Assembly (NCBI RefSeq): GCF_006345805.1
Contig: NC_043021.1
Location: 1,860,001 to 1,924,000 of the forward strand
DNA: 64,000 nt
Reading direction: 5' to 3'
DNA from: Octopus sinensis
Taxonomy: Eukaryota
This document shows, piece after piece, positions 1 to 13,860 of the stretch; positions within the stretch are counted from its first letter, which is position 1; every line of letters starts with the position of its first letter. Below the pieces are notes generated by a model that saw nothing but the letters and a program-made list of their open reading frames with translations, was not told the DNA's origin and searched no databases. Made by a program: the position numbers and the translations under genes.

Positions 1-1506
1 TATATATGTATATGTATGTATGTATGTATATATATGTATGTATGTATGTATGTATATGTATGTATGTATATATGTATGTATGTATATATATATGTATATA
101 TATGTATGTATGTATATATATGTATGTATGTATATATATGTATGTATGTATATATATATGTATGTATATATATATGTATGTATATATATATGTATGTATA
201 TATATATATGTATGTATATATATATATGTATGTATATATATATATGTATGTATATATATATGTATGTATGTATATATATATGTATGTATATATATATATG
301 TATGTTTATATATGTATGTATGTATATATATGTATGTATGTTATATATGTATGTATGTTTATATATATATGTATTATATATATGTATGTATATATATATG
401 TATGTATATATTATATATATATGTATGTATATATATATGTATGTATATATATATGTATGTATATATATATGTATATGTATATATATATGTATGTATATAT
501 ATATGTATGTTTATATATATGTATGTTATATATATATGTATGTATATATATATATGTATGTATATATGTATGTATATATATTATATATATGTATGTATAT
601 ATATATATGTATGTTTATATATATATGTATATATATAATATGTATGTATATATATATGTATTATATATATATATGTATGTATATATAATATATATATGTA
701 TGTATATATATATATGTATGTATATATATATATGTATGTATATAATATATGTATGTATATATATGTATGTATGTAATATATGTATGTATAATATGTATGT
801 ATGTATATATATATGTATGTATATATTATATGTATGTATATATATATATGTATGTATATATATATATGTATGTATAATATATATATGTATGTATATATAT
901 ATAATGTATGTATATATATATCATGTATGTATATATATATATGTATGTATATATATATATATGTATGTATATATATATATGTATATGTATGTATGTTTAT
1001 ATATATGTATGTATATATATATATGTATGTATATATATATATATGTATGTAATATATATATATGTATGTATAATATATATGTATGTATATATATGTAGTA
1101 TATATATATAGTATGTATATATATGTATGTATGTATATATATATGTATGTATTGTATATATATGTATATGTATGTATGTATGTATATATATGTATGTATG
1201 TATGTAATATATGTATGTATGATATATATGTATGTATGTATATTATATGTATATATATGTATGTATGTATATTATGTATGTATGTATATATAGTATGTAT
1301 GTATATATATATGTATGTATATATATATGTATGTATATATATATGTATGTATATAATATATGTATGTATATATATATATGTATGTATATATATATGTATG
1401 TATATATATATGTATGTATGTATATATATATGTATATATATATATGTATGTTTATATATGTATGTATGTATATATATGTATGTATGGTTATATATGTATG
1501 TATGTT

Positions 1507-1539
<33 letters not shown>

Positions 1540-2085
1540 GTATATATATGTATGTATGTATATGTATGTATGTATGTATGTATGTGTGTGTGTGTATGTA
1601 TGTATGTATATATATGTATGTATGTATATATATGTATGTATGTATGTATATGTATGTATGTATGTGTATATGTATGTATGTATGTATGTATGTGTATATG
1701 TATGTATATATATATGTATGTATATATATATGTATGTATGTATATATATGTATGTATGTATGTATATATATGTATGTATGTATATATATGTATGTATGTA
1801 TATATATGTATGTATGTATGTATATATATATATGTATGTATGTATATATATATATGTATGTACGTATGTATATATATATATATATATATATATGCATGTG
1901 TGTGTATGTATTATGAGTAAACTTGTACACAGATGTATTTCATCTTTCCCTGTGTGTATGAATATATACTTCATGTATGAGTGTGTGTATATGTGCATAT
2001 GGACATGCATCTATACATATATATGCATGCATATGTGCACATGTGTGCATATGTGCACATGAAATGTGTGTGCATATGCATTTAT
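1..2085. repeat. Long degenerate (TA)n/(TATG)n compound microsatellite
   Basis: About 2 kb made almost entirely of TA/TATG/TG units; the long Y/M/I/V/C ORFs are translations of it. Confidence 0.97.
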
Positions 2086-2331
2086 ATATTGAAAGTTCTC
2101 GTTATGAACAATAACGATTCTGTTATAATTAATGACATGCAGGTCTTGTTGCACCACCATCTCAGGTATGCACAGGGCTGCACTGTTAGTTTTGTTTTGT
2201 TTAAGAATTCATTTACCTCTGTCATAGTCACATTCCTATGACTGGCAGTCGTTGACATTTGAGTATAAAGTGCTGCAGGTAAGGGGCTGATTGCCACATC
2301 TTTTTGTACAGAGGCTTCACACTATATATAT

Positions 2332-2468
2332 AGGTCGACTTTGCCTTTCATCCTTTCGGGGTCGATAAATTAAGTACCAGTTACGCACTGGGATCGATGT
2401 AATCGACTTAATCCCTTTCTCTGTCCTTGTTTGTCCTCTCTGTGTTTAGCCCCTTGTGGGCAATAAAG

Positions 2469-2472
<4 letters not shown>
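2332..2472 (+). mobile_element. 5'-truncated SINE family A (Nin/Deu-domain-like core)
   Basis: AGGTCGACTTTGCCTTTCATCCTTTCGGGGTCGATAAATTAAGTACCAG core and 3' tail match the full copies at 18954 and 49502. Confidence 0.85.
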
Positions 2473-2522
<50 letters not shown>

Positions 2523-4261
2523 ATAAGGGTAGAAATTGATATTAATCAATTAAAACCAGTGATCTAGCATATTTTAAAATAATCCGAAGATTAAAAATTT
2601 TTTTACATACAAAATTTAGAGGACTGACCACTAAAAGAAATGGACAGCCTAGATAGAAACCATGCGAAAAATAGAATGGAAGAATGGTGATTTGTTGAGG
2701 ACAGCAGTGACTTTGAAATGGAAAAGAAAAAAAAAAAAACTGACTCAAACTGTGACATCCTATCCAACCCATGCCAGGATGGAAAAGCAGACATAAAGTG
2801 ATGATGATCCATTCCAATGTATATATATTCTTTGTGGTTTATTCCCAGATAGTCTGATCAATTGTTTTCCACTTTCATTGATCTCCAGAAATACACAAAC
2901 ATGTACAAGCATGCTTACACATATTTATACAAGCATATGTATATACACACGTATATGTATTTCGTCTGATCTTGTTAGTGTTTACTGATCTGGTCAATCT
3001 GCCCCTTTCATCAACCTGCCCCTCTTGAATGTGATCGTGGCACATTTAAACATGCTCCCCGCCACACACACAAAAAAAATGCTAAAAACAGCATACTGGT
3101 GGCACAGATACAAAGTCTTACAGTTCAGAAATGGTTTTTCAAACATTGTCCCACATTTCAGCATGCATGTAACTTGATGCCATTGCTATTGAGATAATGG
3201 TTGATGTTGGCCCCTGCCAGTCAATTATGGCCCTGTACAACTTTAGGGCCATAATTAACGGAATGAGAGCCGGACAGAAGAAAAGTCTTCTCGGAGTATT
3301 TATGTTCTTTTAGGAGTTACATGAGATTGCAGGAGACTTTCGATGCGATTTGTTATAATATTGGTTTTGCAATTTTATGTGGAACTGTCCATGAATCGTT
3401 GCTGATAATTAACAATCATACCTCCATCCCTCGCCCCCCACTCAAAGAACCATGAATACATTACTTTGTCTTTTGGTTTTTTTTTTTCTCTGGAGCTGGT
3501 CTTCAAAGCAGTACAATGCCCCCACCCCTGCTTCTGTAACCCTTCCATTCTTCAGGCAGATTATTTCTATCAACATGTTGATGTATTTTCTCAGGCAATT
3601 TCAGTGTCTTGCAGAATTTTTAAAAGAAGCCATGTCATTGGTTGGTGCTTTTATTTGGGGGCAGTGGGGATTTAGACATTTTTGTGGCTTTTGGTAAGAG
3701 GATTCTTCACCTGTCTGTCAGCCACTTTGGCATTCAGAAGAGGTACCTTATTTTATTGAAACCTTTGGCAATATTTTGATGTAAGACGTGTTTTAGCCAA
3801 ATATATTTTTAATATTCCTTACTCCAGCAAATTTTTCAGTTGCCATTACTTATCCTGACTTCCATCATATGTTTTCCAGCGACGTCTTCTCATTCTTGTG
3901 GCACCATGCAATTTAATTCTCTTATTTAGTCGACAAGCTGGCAAAATCATTAGCATGCCAGGCAATAGCGGCATTTTGTCTGTCTTCACGTTCTGAGTTC
4001 AAATTCTGCTGAGGTCAACTTTGCCTCTCATCCAATAAAATAAGTACCAGTGATACACTGGGGTTGATGTAATTGACTAGTCCCCTTCCCCGAAACTTCA
4101 GGCCTTGTACCCACAGTAGAAAGGATTGTTATTCTTTATTCTTTTATGTTTCAGCCTTGAGGCTGCGACCATGCTGGGGCACCACCATTACATTATTTTT
4201 ATTATTATTATATGAAGGTAACTTTACCTTTCATTGTTTTTGGGGTCAATCACTTGAGCAT

Positions 4262-4492
4262 TGGTGACAAGCTGGCAGAAACGTTAGCACACCAGGCGAA
4301 ATGCTTAGCGGTATTTCATCTGCCGTTACGTTCTGAGTTCAAATTCCGCCGAGGTCGACTTTGCCTTTCATCCATTTGGGGTCGATAAATTAAGTACCAG
4401 TTACGCACTGGGGTCGATGTAATTGACTTAATCCCTTTGTTTATCCTTGTTTGTCCCCTCTGTGTTTAGCCCCTTGTTGGTAGTAAAGAAAT
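4262..4492 (+). mobile_element. SINE family A (tRNA-derived head, Nin-like core)
   Basis: A-box-like TGGCAGAAACGTTAGC, B-box GTTCAAATTCC, conserved core and tail; a more diverged copy lies at about 3930-4130. Confidence 0.85.
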
Positions 4493-5959
4493 GAGAATTT
4501 GAACTCAGAACATGAAGACAGATGAAATGTCAGTTAGCAGTTTGCCTAGTATGCTACCAACTCTGCCAGCACACCACCTTGATGATGATGATAATAATAA
4601 TAATTTCTTTGAGGTACAAGGCTAGAAATTTCAAGGCGGGGCGGGGGGGAACAGCCAATAGGGCCTCAGCGCAACTACAAACTAACATTCACTCAACTGC
4701 TCTTAATTGATATGAATCAGTTCAACAGGTGTTATAGCATTCATCTTGACATTAACTGAACGACCCTCGACCACCACCACCACAAGGTGTGGGGGGAGAT
4801 GAGGGGGCCACTCAGTAACACCCAAGATGTTCCATCAGATAACACACATTTGACTGTAGAAACCCTTTACATTGTGGGTGGGTGTATATATGAGTGTATT
4901 ATAATAATGCATACAATGTATGTAAATATATATTGTTAATATGGTGGTATACATGGTTGCATGTGTATATAAGTCCGAGTTAAACATCTATGCATATATA
5001 TTTGTGTGTGTATATAAGTGTGTATATAGATATCTCCATTCCTTTTATTTTATTGATTTCTTGGATAATGGTAATGCTGAGACATCATAGGCATAAAGCG
5101 GATGTCTACATATATTTTATGAAGCTTCACTGTGGCTTAAATAAGATTGTTTACATTTCTTATTTAACCCACAGGAAGGCTTTAATATTTAAACTCATTT
5201 CCATTCTTCTGGTTTATGCAGTGTCATTCCTACATATGCATATATGATGCACACACACAAATACACACATTCACATGCAATGTTTTATCATATTTTCTGA
5301 CATAAAAGTCAACGTAGTATAATAGTGTAAAGATTCAAGCATTAATTAAATTTCTTTTTATTTTTTATTTTCGTTTTCTTTTTTCTTTTTTTGTTATTTT
5401 TTCTTTTTTTTTTTTTTTTTGCCTTTTACCAAAATAATTAAAACTGGATTTTTAACAAAATTTTCCCCGTTGTCTGTAGTTGTACAGGTCACAATAACTT
5501 GTGGTTGTTTAATCCCGGGGTCAACCATAATAAAGCAGACCTATAATCAGTAGTCCCAACCGTAGCAATTACACCTCTCCCTCCCCCTTTCAGATGTCGT
5601 GTACCTTGTGACATTGATGAGGATGATGATGATGATGATATATCTTGTATCTTTTACTTGTTTCAATCATTGGACTGCAGCCATGGTGGGGCAGCATCTT
5701 GAGATGTTTTAGTCAAACAAATCAATCCCAGTACTTATACTACCAGTCTCTTTTGCCTAACACCTAAGTTATGAGGACATAAACAAACCAACACCTGTTG
5801 TCAAGCAATGGTAGGGCTTCTTTCAGTTTCCCTCTACCAAATCCACTCACAAGGATTTGGTCAGCCCAGGACTACGATAAAAGACATTTGACAAAGTATG
5901 ACTGAACCCAGAACCATGTGGCTGAAAAGAAAACTTCTTACCACACAACCACACCTGTG

Positions 5960-5994
<35 letters not shown>

Positions 5995-6148
5995 CAACAG
6001 ATGAGATTGATAGAATTACGATATACAATACATTTGGTGGTACCCAAATGATTAGAACTTACACTCTGATATCCTTTACCAAGGACCAAGTCAGCAGGGT
6101 AAAGGTTTTAACTGTTTATTGGGTCATTGTTTATATATGTTATATATA

Positions 6149-6535
6149 GGCGTAGGAGTGGCTGTGTGGTAAGTAGCTTGCTAACCAACCACATGGTTCC
6201 GGGTTCAGTCCCGCTGCATGGCATCTTGGGCAAGTGTCTTCTGCTATAGCCCCGGGCTGACCAATGCCTTGTGAGTGGATTTGGTAGACGGAAACTGAAA
6301 GAAGCCTGTCGTATATATATATATATGTATGTGTGTGTGCTTGTGTGTCTGTCCCCCTAGCATTGCTTGACAACCGATGCTGGTGTGTTTACGTCCCCGT
6401 CACTTAGCGGTTCGGCAGAAAAAGACCGATAGAATAAGTACTGGGCTTACAAAGAATAAGTCCCGGGGTCGATTTGCTCGACTAAGGGCGGTGCTCCTGC
6501 ATGGCCGCAGTCAAGTGACTGAAACAAGTAAAATA
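6149..6535 (+). mobile_element. SINE family B (tRNA-derived head, internal TA/TG microsatellite), full length
   Basis: GGCGTAGGAGTGGCTGTGTGGTAAG...GGTTCAGTCCC...TTGGGCAAGTGTCTTC...TGACTGAAACAAGTAAAA; more than 10 copies in the window; an older inverted copy lies at about 5650-5958. Confidence 0.88.
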
Positions 6536-6661
6536 AAAAAGAAATAAATAAAATATATATATGTGTGTGTGTGTGTATTTGAGTTATGAGAAGTAATGGT
6601 GTCATTGAATTTAGACTTTCATTTTAGTCCAGAGATCTAAGTCATCCCATCATCAACATCA

Positions 6662-7245
6662 TTGTTCTATCCTTTCATCCCATTCATTCATTCTTTGTTC
6701 GACCGTGGTCAAGATAATGGAATTTACTATGCTACGCCAGACCTCACGGTCCATCATAGCATTACAGAGGTCCTGTCGATGGATGCCTGTATCCCTGGAG
6801 ATTACATCAGGGTAGGAGAGTGTGCGCCCTCTGGTATTGCGAGTAGATGGCTTCCAGAGAAGAGTAGAAATTACTTTTTCAGCTCTACAACAATGTCCAG
6901 CAAACTGGACTCTTCTACCTTTCACAAGAGATGACACAGGTGGTAGTTTCCCATATATTTGCATTTTGGTTGGATGACGCTTCCAAGAGAGATTTTGACC
7001 TCTCATAAGGAGGCGAGTGTAGGTTCCATCCAACCGCCTCTCAAGCTTCTTTGATAACGTCCAGGTTTCTGAGCCATATAGTAGAATTGGTTCGACTGTG
7101 GCTTTGAAGATTTCAAGTTTGAAGTCTCTACTTAGATTTGATGCCTGTATCCCTGGAGATTACATCAGGGTAGGAGAGTGTGCACCCTCTGGTATTGCGA
7201 GTAGATGGCGTCCAGAGGAGAAGAGTAGAAATTGCCTCGTTTTCA
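6662..7245 (-). mobile_element. RTE-clade-like LINE 3' fragment (ORF2 C-terminus) with internal duplication
   Basis: Minus strand encodes FKATVEPILLYGSETWTLSKKLERRLDGTYTRLLMR...FAGHCCRAE; (ATGA)n tail; 7141-7245 repeats about 6782-6880. Confidence 0.8.
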
Positions 7246-7526
7246 TCCTGGGGACATTGTCTTGAAGGGTTTTAGTTGATCATATCAATTCCAGATGATA
7301 TGATCAACTAAGCACAGTGCCTGTTTTAGTCTGGTTGGCTTGAGGTTATAGTAGATAACGTGCAATAGGACTGAACCCGGAACCATGTGGTTTGGAAGAA
7401 CCATGTGTCTTACCACACAGCCACACCTATGCACCCATACATTACATACATACACATATATGCACTATCTACACACTCTAATAGAAGAACCATTAACTCT
7501 TGTGTCTTTGACTGAACACACACACA

Positions 7527-7557
<31 letters not shown>

Positions 7558-7669
7558 CACTGTCCAGTGGTGGTGGAGGCAAGGACAATGCCCTTTTTTT
7601 TTTCTTTACTGACCGGTGTATCTCCAGATGATGTTTGCTGTCTGTAGGCAATGGCTAATTGGTGTGTCT

Positions 7670-7696
7670 ATGTATGTATAGACATATACGTATGTG

Positions 7697-7746
<50 letters not shown>

Positions 7747-8053
7747 TATGCATGTGTATATATAATTATGCATGTGTATATATATATGTGTGTGAGTATA
7801 TATATGTGTGTGTGTATATATGTATGTATGCATGTGTATATATATATGTGTGTGTGTGTATATATGTATGTATGCATGTGTATATATATGTGTGTGTGTA
7901 TATATGTATGTATGTGTGTATATATGTGTGTATATGTATGTGTATGTATATGTATATGTATGTATGTGTGTGTATATATATGTATGTGTATGTGTATATA
8001 TATATATATATATGTGTATGTGTATGTATATATATATATATATATATATGTGT

Positions 8054-8088
<35 letters not shown>
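7670..8088. repeat. (TA)n/(TG)n compound microsatellite
   Basis: Direct inspection. Confidence 0.95.
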
Positions 8089-8094
<6 letters not shown>

Positions 8095-8650
8095 TACGTG
8101 TTACTGAGACAAATTTTCAGAATTGAGATTTCTAATTATTAACTGAGGGGGAGAGGGAGTCTTTATTTTATTTTTATTTTTTATCTTTCACCCACCCACC
8201 CACCCCAAATGGCAATGGCTATTCAGGGGCACCTAACAGGGAATCAAACCCCAGTTTGATACATGATAGACAGAATTAATTAATTACTACACAACCGTCC
8301 ACCAAATTTTTTTTTTTTTTTTTTTTTTTAGTATTTGTTTGAGTTCATTGTTGTTTTTTGTTGTTTTTTTTTTGCCTGGGTCAGCTCTGATTGAACAGAT
8401 CTTTGATCAAAGATTGTCCAGCCACGACCATCCCATCTTTTTTTGTTTTATTCAGAAATATTGCATTGAGGATCTACATGAGGCATGGGCAATTTTTTTC
8501 AAGAAGTAGACTCTATGAAACATGGCTCACCATCAAACAACCTACACAATTTTTTATTACACATGCTCTTCAGAAAGTCTTGCAGACTACAGGTTTCCTC
8601 TGACTGACCTCCATGGTCCACCAGGTTTATTTCCTTTGTAAGACAATAGG

Positions 8651-8685
<35 letters not shown>

Positions 8686-9049
8686 TTGAGGAAGATCTTT
8701 AGAATGTTAAATGACTGCAAAGTGTAGTTTTGTTCCAGATTCGTCTTCTTATTATTTATTTACTTAACACAGTAAAGAAACGATGACGAATGAAATTTGA
8801 TTCAGAGGTGCAAACCCAGGTCTAACCCAAGATGTTCAAAATGTTTTCATTGCCCACCACCAAATTTCCGGGGGTGTACTTGGACCTTTCTTGCATGCTT
8901 TCCTCTTCCCGAACCTATGGATTACAAATCTATGAAGAATATCTACGTAAACTGGCTGCTTTGTAACATCTGCTAAATCTGACTTGAAATCCAAACTAGT
9001 TGAATTCCATTCATTATTCATCCATCCACAATTATTCTCTGCCTATTAA

Positions 9050-9340
9050 TCTAGGGAGAGTTGTAAGGGTAAAGTCCCCAGGCACCTCCTTCATAACATC
9101 CTATCGGAAACGACTGTCATTAGGCTTTCCGGTTGAACTCCCATGTGCAACCAGCCAAGACTATGGATCTTATCCAAGCACCTCATTATTGGTCTTCCTG
9201 CCAGTTGGCTCAGCTTCAATGATCCATCTTCCAATTCTAATCAGGTGTTTGTAGATCAGAGATGGGATCTGTTAATGAAGACAAATGGGGGCTCAATCTG
9301 GAGGGACTCTCTGCTCCCCCAAGCAATGTCCCCTGTCAAG
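9050..9340 (+). repeat. Unclassified interspersed repeat
   Basis: Similar to about 27830-28120 and 41350-41670 (shared GACTATGGA...TATCC and CCTGCCAGTTGGCT motifs). Confidence 0.5.
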
Positions 9341-11034
9341 CATTGTTACTCCAGAGATCTTTCACAGGGAACACCCCACCCGCCGCCGTTTCAGCTGCTT
9401 GTATTTGTGATTTGTACTTTTTTTCAGTCGTTTCCTAACATTATTCAACATTATAAAACAAAATTTAAACCCTCGGAACTTGCAAACTAGATTCCACTTG
9501 ACAATGTCTGTGGAAGACACAAAAGTGGTTTAGCTGGCAGAATTATGAGTGCAAGGGGAAGGGCGGTGAGCTGGCAGAAACGCTAGCACGCCAGGCGAAA
9601 TGCTTTGCGGTATTTCATCTGCTGCTACGTTCTGAGTTCAAATTCCGCTGAGGTCAACTTTGCCTTTCATCCTTTCGGGGTCGATTAAATAAGAGGCTCT
9701 TCCAAAATGATGCCATTTTGGTGCATCTGGAGCGAGAAAAGATGCTGCTTGGCATGAAAACTCCTTTAGAAAGGGAAACAAGAAGGTTCGTTGATTAAAC
9801 AACTGAATCCTCATCATGAAATGACAGCGAACAACCATATAAGGAGATATGGCATTGTTGTTAGAACACCCAACAAAAATAACAGTGTTTCACAATGGTT
9901 CTTGGCTCCTTCTGAATTCAAATTCTGCTTGGGTCCACTTGGTCTTTTGGTTTATTGGGGGTTGATAAAGTACCAGTCTAGTAGTGTTGTTGGTTCTTCT
10001 CTCTCTTTTTAGCACATTTTTTTCTCTTGGTGAAAACTGTAAGAGTTAAAACCTGAAAATGGTTAGGCTCCACCAGGTTTAAATTGTCCAAGACATGCCA
10101 TATGATCCAATGACACCATTCCAAATCCATCAGAAATTATGCAATCACACATCACACAAACACATACATATACCACCATCATCATCATCATTTCATGAGT
10201 GTTTTCCATGCTGGCATGAGTTGGGATGGTTTGACAGGAGTCGATGAGCCGGAGGACTGTGCCAAGCGCCAATGTCTACTTTGACATGGTTTCTAGGGCT
10301 GGATGTCCTTCCTAACACCAACCACTTCACAAACTATACTGTACACATTTTATGTGGCACTGAACTGGCACAAATAATGCCACCAAGTAACTACCATGAC
10401 AAGAGCCTGCCCCTCATCTGAGGTGAAAGGTGGAGCTTTATGCCGAGTGATAAGGGGTTAAAGTATGATAGAGGGACAGGAACCGGTGTCTTGCAGCAGA
10501 TGGTGCAGAGAGGTCAGGGCAAACCCTCAACTTACAGAAAGGTGAACAGTGTGTGTGTGTGTGTGATTATTCAATGGCCGTAAAGTTATTCTGTGATATA
10601 TATATATAAAAGGAAGTAATATTGTTAGCTTATCCGGTAAAATGTTATGCAAGTAATTATTTTAGCAGTTAAAATTGCCAGGAATCATTCTGTGGAAACG
10701 GTACCACAACTTCTCAGCAAGCAATAAATGCATGGCTCAACTCCCATTGTTGGATCTGGTGTCTGGTTTCTGTTTTAAGCCAAACTTGTAAATGTGATAT
10801 GTGTGTGTGTGTGTGTCTAGTTTTGGGAGGTTGTGTAGCTTATATGTACATACATATAATTTTGCTTGTATATATATATATATATACACACACATAATTT
10901 TGCTTGTATATATACATATATAATATATATATATATTTTGATTGTATATATACATATATAATATATATAATTTTGCTTGTATATATACATCATCGTCGTT
11001 TAACGTCCGTTCTCCATGCTAGCATGGGTTGGAC

Positions 11035-11069
<35 letters not shown>

Positions 11070-11816
11070 GTTTTGCTTGTATGTATACATATATATAATT
11101 TTGTTTGTATGTATGTATGTATGTATGTATGTATATATATATATATATAAATATTTATATGTATGTATATATATATATATATAAATATTTATATGTATGT
11201 ATATATATATATATATATAATTCAGCTTGTATAATATATATATATATTCTTTAAATAACAGTTTCACTAAATTGCATATGACTTGAGTGTTCCAATATCT
11301 GATGAAATTCAGGCGGAGAATTGGCAGAATCGTTAGCACACCAGGCAAAATGCATAACGCCATTTCATCCGTCTTTACATTCTGAGTTCAAACGTTGCCA
11401 AGGTGAACTTTGCCTTTCATCCTTTTAGGGTTAATGAAATAAGTACCAGTTATGCACTGGGGTCGATGTAATCAATTTATCCCTTCCCCAGAAATTGCTG
11501 AGCTTTTGCCAGAGTTTGACACCAATATTGATGAGATGGTTTCATACTGCACAACCACAAAACTTCAAATTAAATGGAGCTGAATGAAACTGTTATTAAA
11601 GAATATATGTAACTCTTACCAAATGTGTTGAGTGCCATTTTCTTTAATTTTTCCCATTGACTTGTGTTTGTATATGTGTGTGTATATATACATATATATA
11701 ATTATTGAATGATATAGGTGTGGAAATATACACTCAGGACTTCAAGTTTCAATATGAGTGATGTGACAATTGCCACACTACACTACTTCATTGGTGACAT
11801 GAGAACCAGGTTTACG

Positions 11817-11873
11817 ACAGCTGAAGAAGTGCAGCAATCATCATATTGTCGACACAGAAACTTCAAGTCCTGT
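11817..11873 (+). ncRNA. Minimal type-I hammerhead ribozyme-like motif
   Basis: ACAG-CTGAAGA-[A GTG..CAAT/ATTG..CAC A]-GAAA-C TTCAA G-TC-CTGT: helix I ACAG/CTGT, intact core, GUC cleavage triplet. Confidence 0.6.
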
Positions 11874-12304
11874 ACGTGAGTCTCTCTAACTGTATCATTC
11901 AATAAACATAGTTCTGTTTCAAACAATATCGCTGTCTACCTCTTTTGTCAGCACATCCAGTCTGTCAATGTATGTGTGTTGGTATCAAGAGTGTTGGATA
12001 CCCCGTTACTTACTATAATGCCCACAAAGTATGTACATTATCTTCTACGCTCTCATGTGTGTGTTAGTTACTTGAGACAGTTGACTCCTTGCATTTTCAC
12101 AGGTTCTTTCTCTCCCACTGTTTCAACCTCCCCCTCCCCCACCTCTTCTTGAAGTCTTGACCTAATTGTAATTAACTGAAAAACATTGCTAGAGGAATGT
12201 GGTACTAGCAATGCCAAAGACACAGTCTTCAGTAACTTCACAGAGATCATGTAATAAAATTAACTTCAATATTAATTAGTATGATTATTTAGACAAATAT
12301 CTAC

Positions 12305-12609
12305 CTATATATATATATATTCATATACATATAATGATATATGTGCATGTGTGTGTGTGTATATATATATAATGTGTGTATGTATATATATATATATATA
12401 TATATATAGGTGTGTAACAAATATATACATACATGTGCATATATTTGCGTGTGTATATATGTACATATACGCATGCATTGTATACATATATAGGTAGACA
12501 AATGTCTGAATGCTGACCTGTTTATACTGTGTATATATGTGTATGAATACAGATTGTGTGTAAAGTGATTTTATGTGTATAATAAATTATTTTATGTATA
12601 TATATATAT

Positions 12610-12641
<32 letters not shown>

Positions 12642-12849
12642 CATAGATAATGTATACATATATATATATGTATAGGTGTGTGTGTATATATATATGTGTG
12701 TGTGTGTATATATATATATATGTGGGTATGTATGTATTATATATATATGTGTGGGTATGTATGTATATATATATATATGTGTGTGTATGTATGTTATATA
12801 TATATATGTGTGTGTGTGTGTATGTATATATATATATATGTGTATAAGC

Positions 12850-12885
<36 letters not shown>

Positions 12886-12983
12886 AAGTATATATATGTA
12901 TAAGTATGTATATATATATATAAGTATGTATATATATGTGTATAGGTATGTATATATATATAATGTGTGTATGTATATATATA

Positions 12984-13018
<35 letters not shown>

Positions 13019-13115
13019 GCATAGGTATTTATATATATATGTGTGTGTGTATATATATATATGCATAGGTATGTATATATATATGTGTGTGTGTGTATGT
13101 ATATATACATATATA
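12305..13115. repeat. (TA)n/(TG)n compound microsatellite
   Basis: Direct inspection. Confidence 0.93.
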
Positions 13116-13489
13116 AAATCTGAATTCAGTTGCTTCTATAGAAATCCAGTTCTTCAGAAAACAACCTTCAATGGGAGTTTCTGTATTTTGAAGACTTTGC
13201 ACTAAAAATAAATTATTGTATTCTGTGAGAATGTTTATTATTATTATTACTTTTATTTTCTCTTTTCTTCCATTCTATTCTACCCCCACCCCCACTTCTC
13301 TGTCCCCCACCTCCTCCCTCTTGCTCTCTCTTTGTTCTTCTTGCCCTATTGCTTTGTTTCTTTCTTTCTTGCTTTATTCAACCCCCCACTCACACACAGA
13401 CACACTTATCTTCCTCTTTCTCTCGACCTCTTCTCTTTCTTTTCCTCTCTTATCCCTCATTTTTTTCTTCCCTCTTTCTATCCTCTCAT

Positions 13490-13860
13490 CTCATTCATTC
13501 ATTCTTTGTTCGACCGTGGTCAAGACAATGGAATTTACTATGTTACGCCAGACCTCACGGTCCATTATAGCATTACGGAGGTCCTGTCACTGGATGCCTG
13601 TATCCTTGGAGATTACATCAGGGTAGGAGAGTGTGCACCCTCTGGTATCGCAAGCAGATGGCTTCCAGAGGAGAAGAGTAGAAATTACCTCGTTTTCAGC
13701 TCTACAACAATGTCCAGCAAACTGGACTCTTCTCCCTTTCACAAGAGATGACACAGGTTGTAGTTTCCCATATATTTGTACTTTGGTTGGATGACGCTTC
13801 CATGAGAGATTTTGAGCTCTCATAAGGAGGCGAGTGTAAGTTCCATCCAACTGCCTCTCA
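13490..13860 (-). mobile_element. RTE-clade-like LINE 3' fragment, same family as 6662-7245
   Basis: LDGTYTRLLMRAQNLSWKRHPTKVQIYGKL...FAGHCCRAENE; near-identical to the 6.7-7.0 kb copy. Confidence 0.8.

Noticed and set aside
6-2062. ORFs of 200-450 aa in several frames
   Set aside because: Translations of TA/TATG microsatellite; the same applies to ORFs at 7.6-8.1, 12.3-13.1 and 43.9-44.7 kb
8836-9021. 61-aa ORF containing RFGKR (neuropeptide-like RFamide motif)
   Set aside because: No signal peptide, a single motif and no coherent exon structure; not supportable
12068-12250. 60-aa minus-strand ORF as a divergent gene next to DTYMK
   Set aside because: No recognisable domain and weak splice signals
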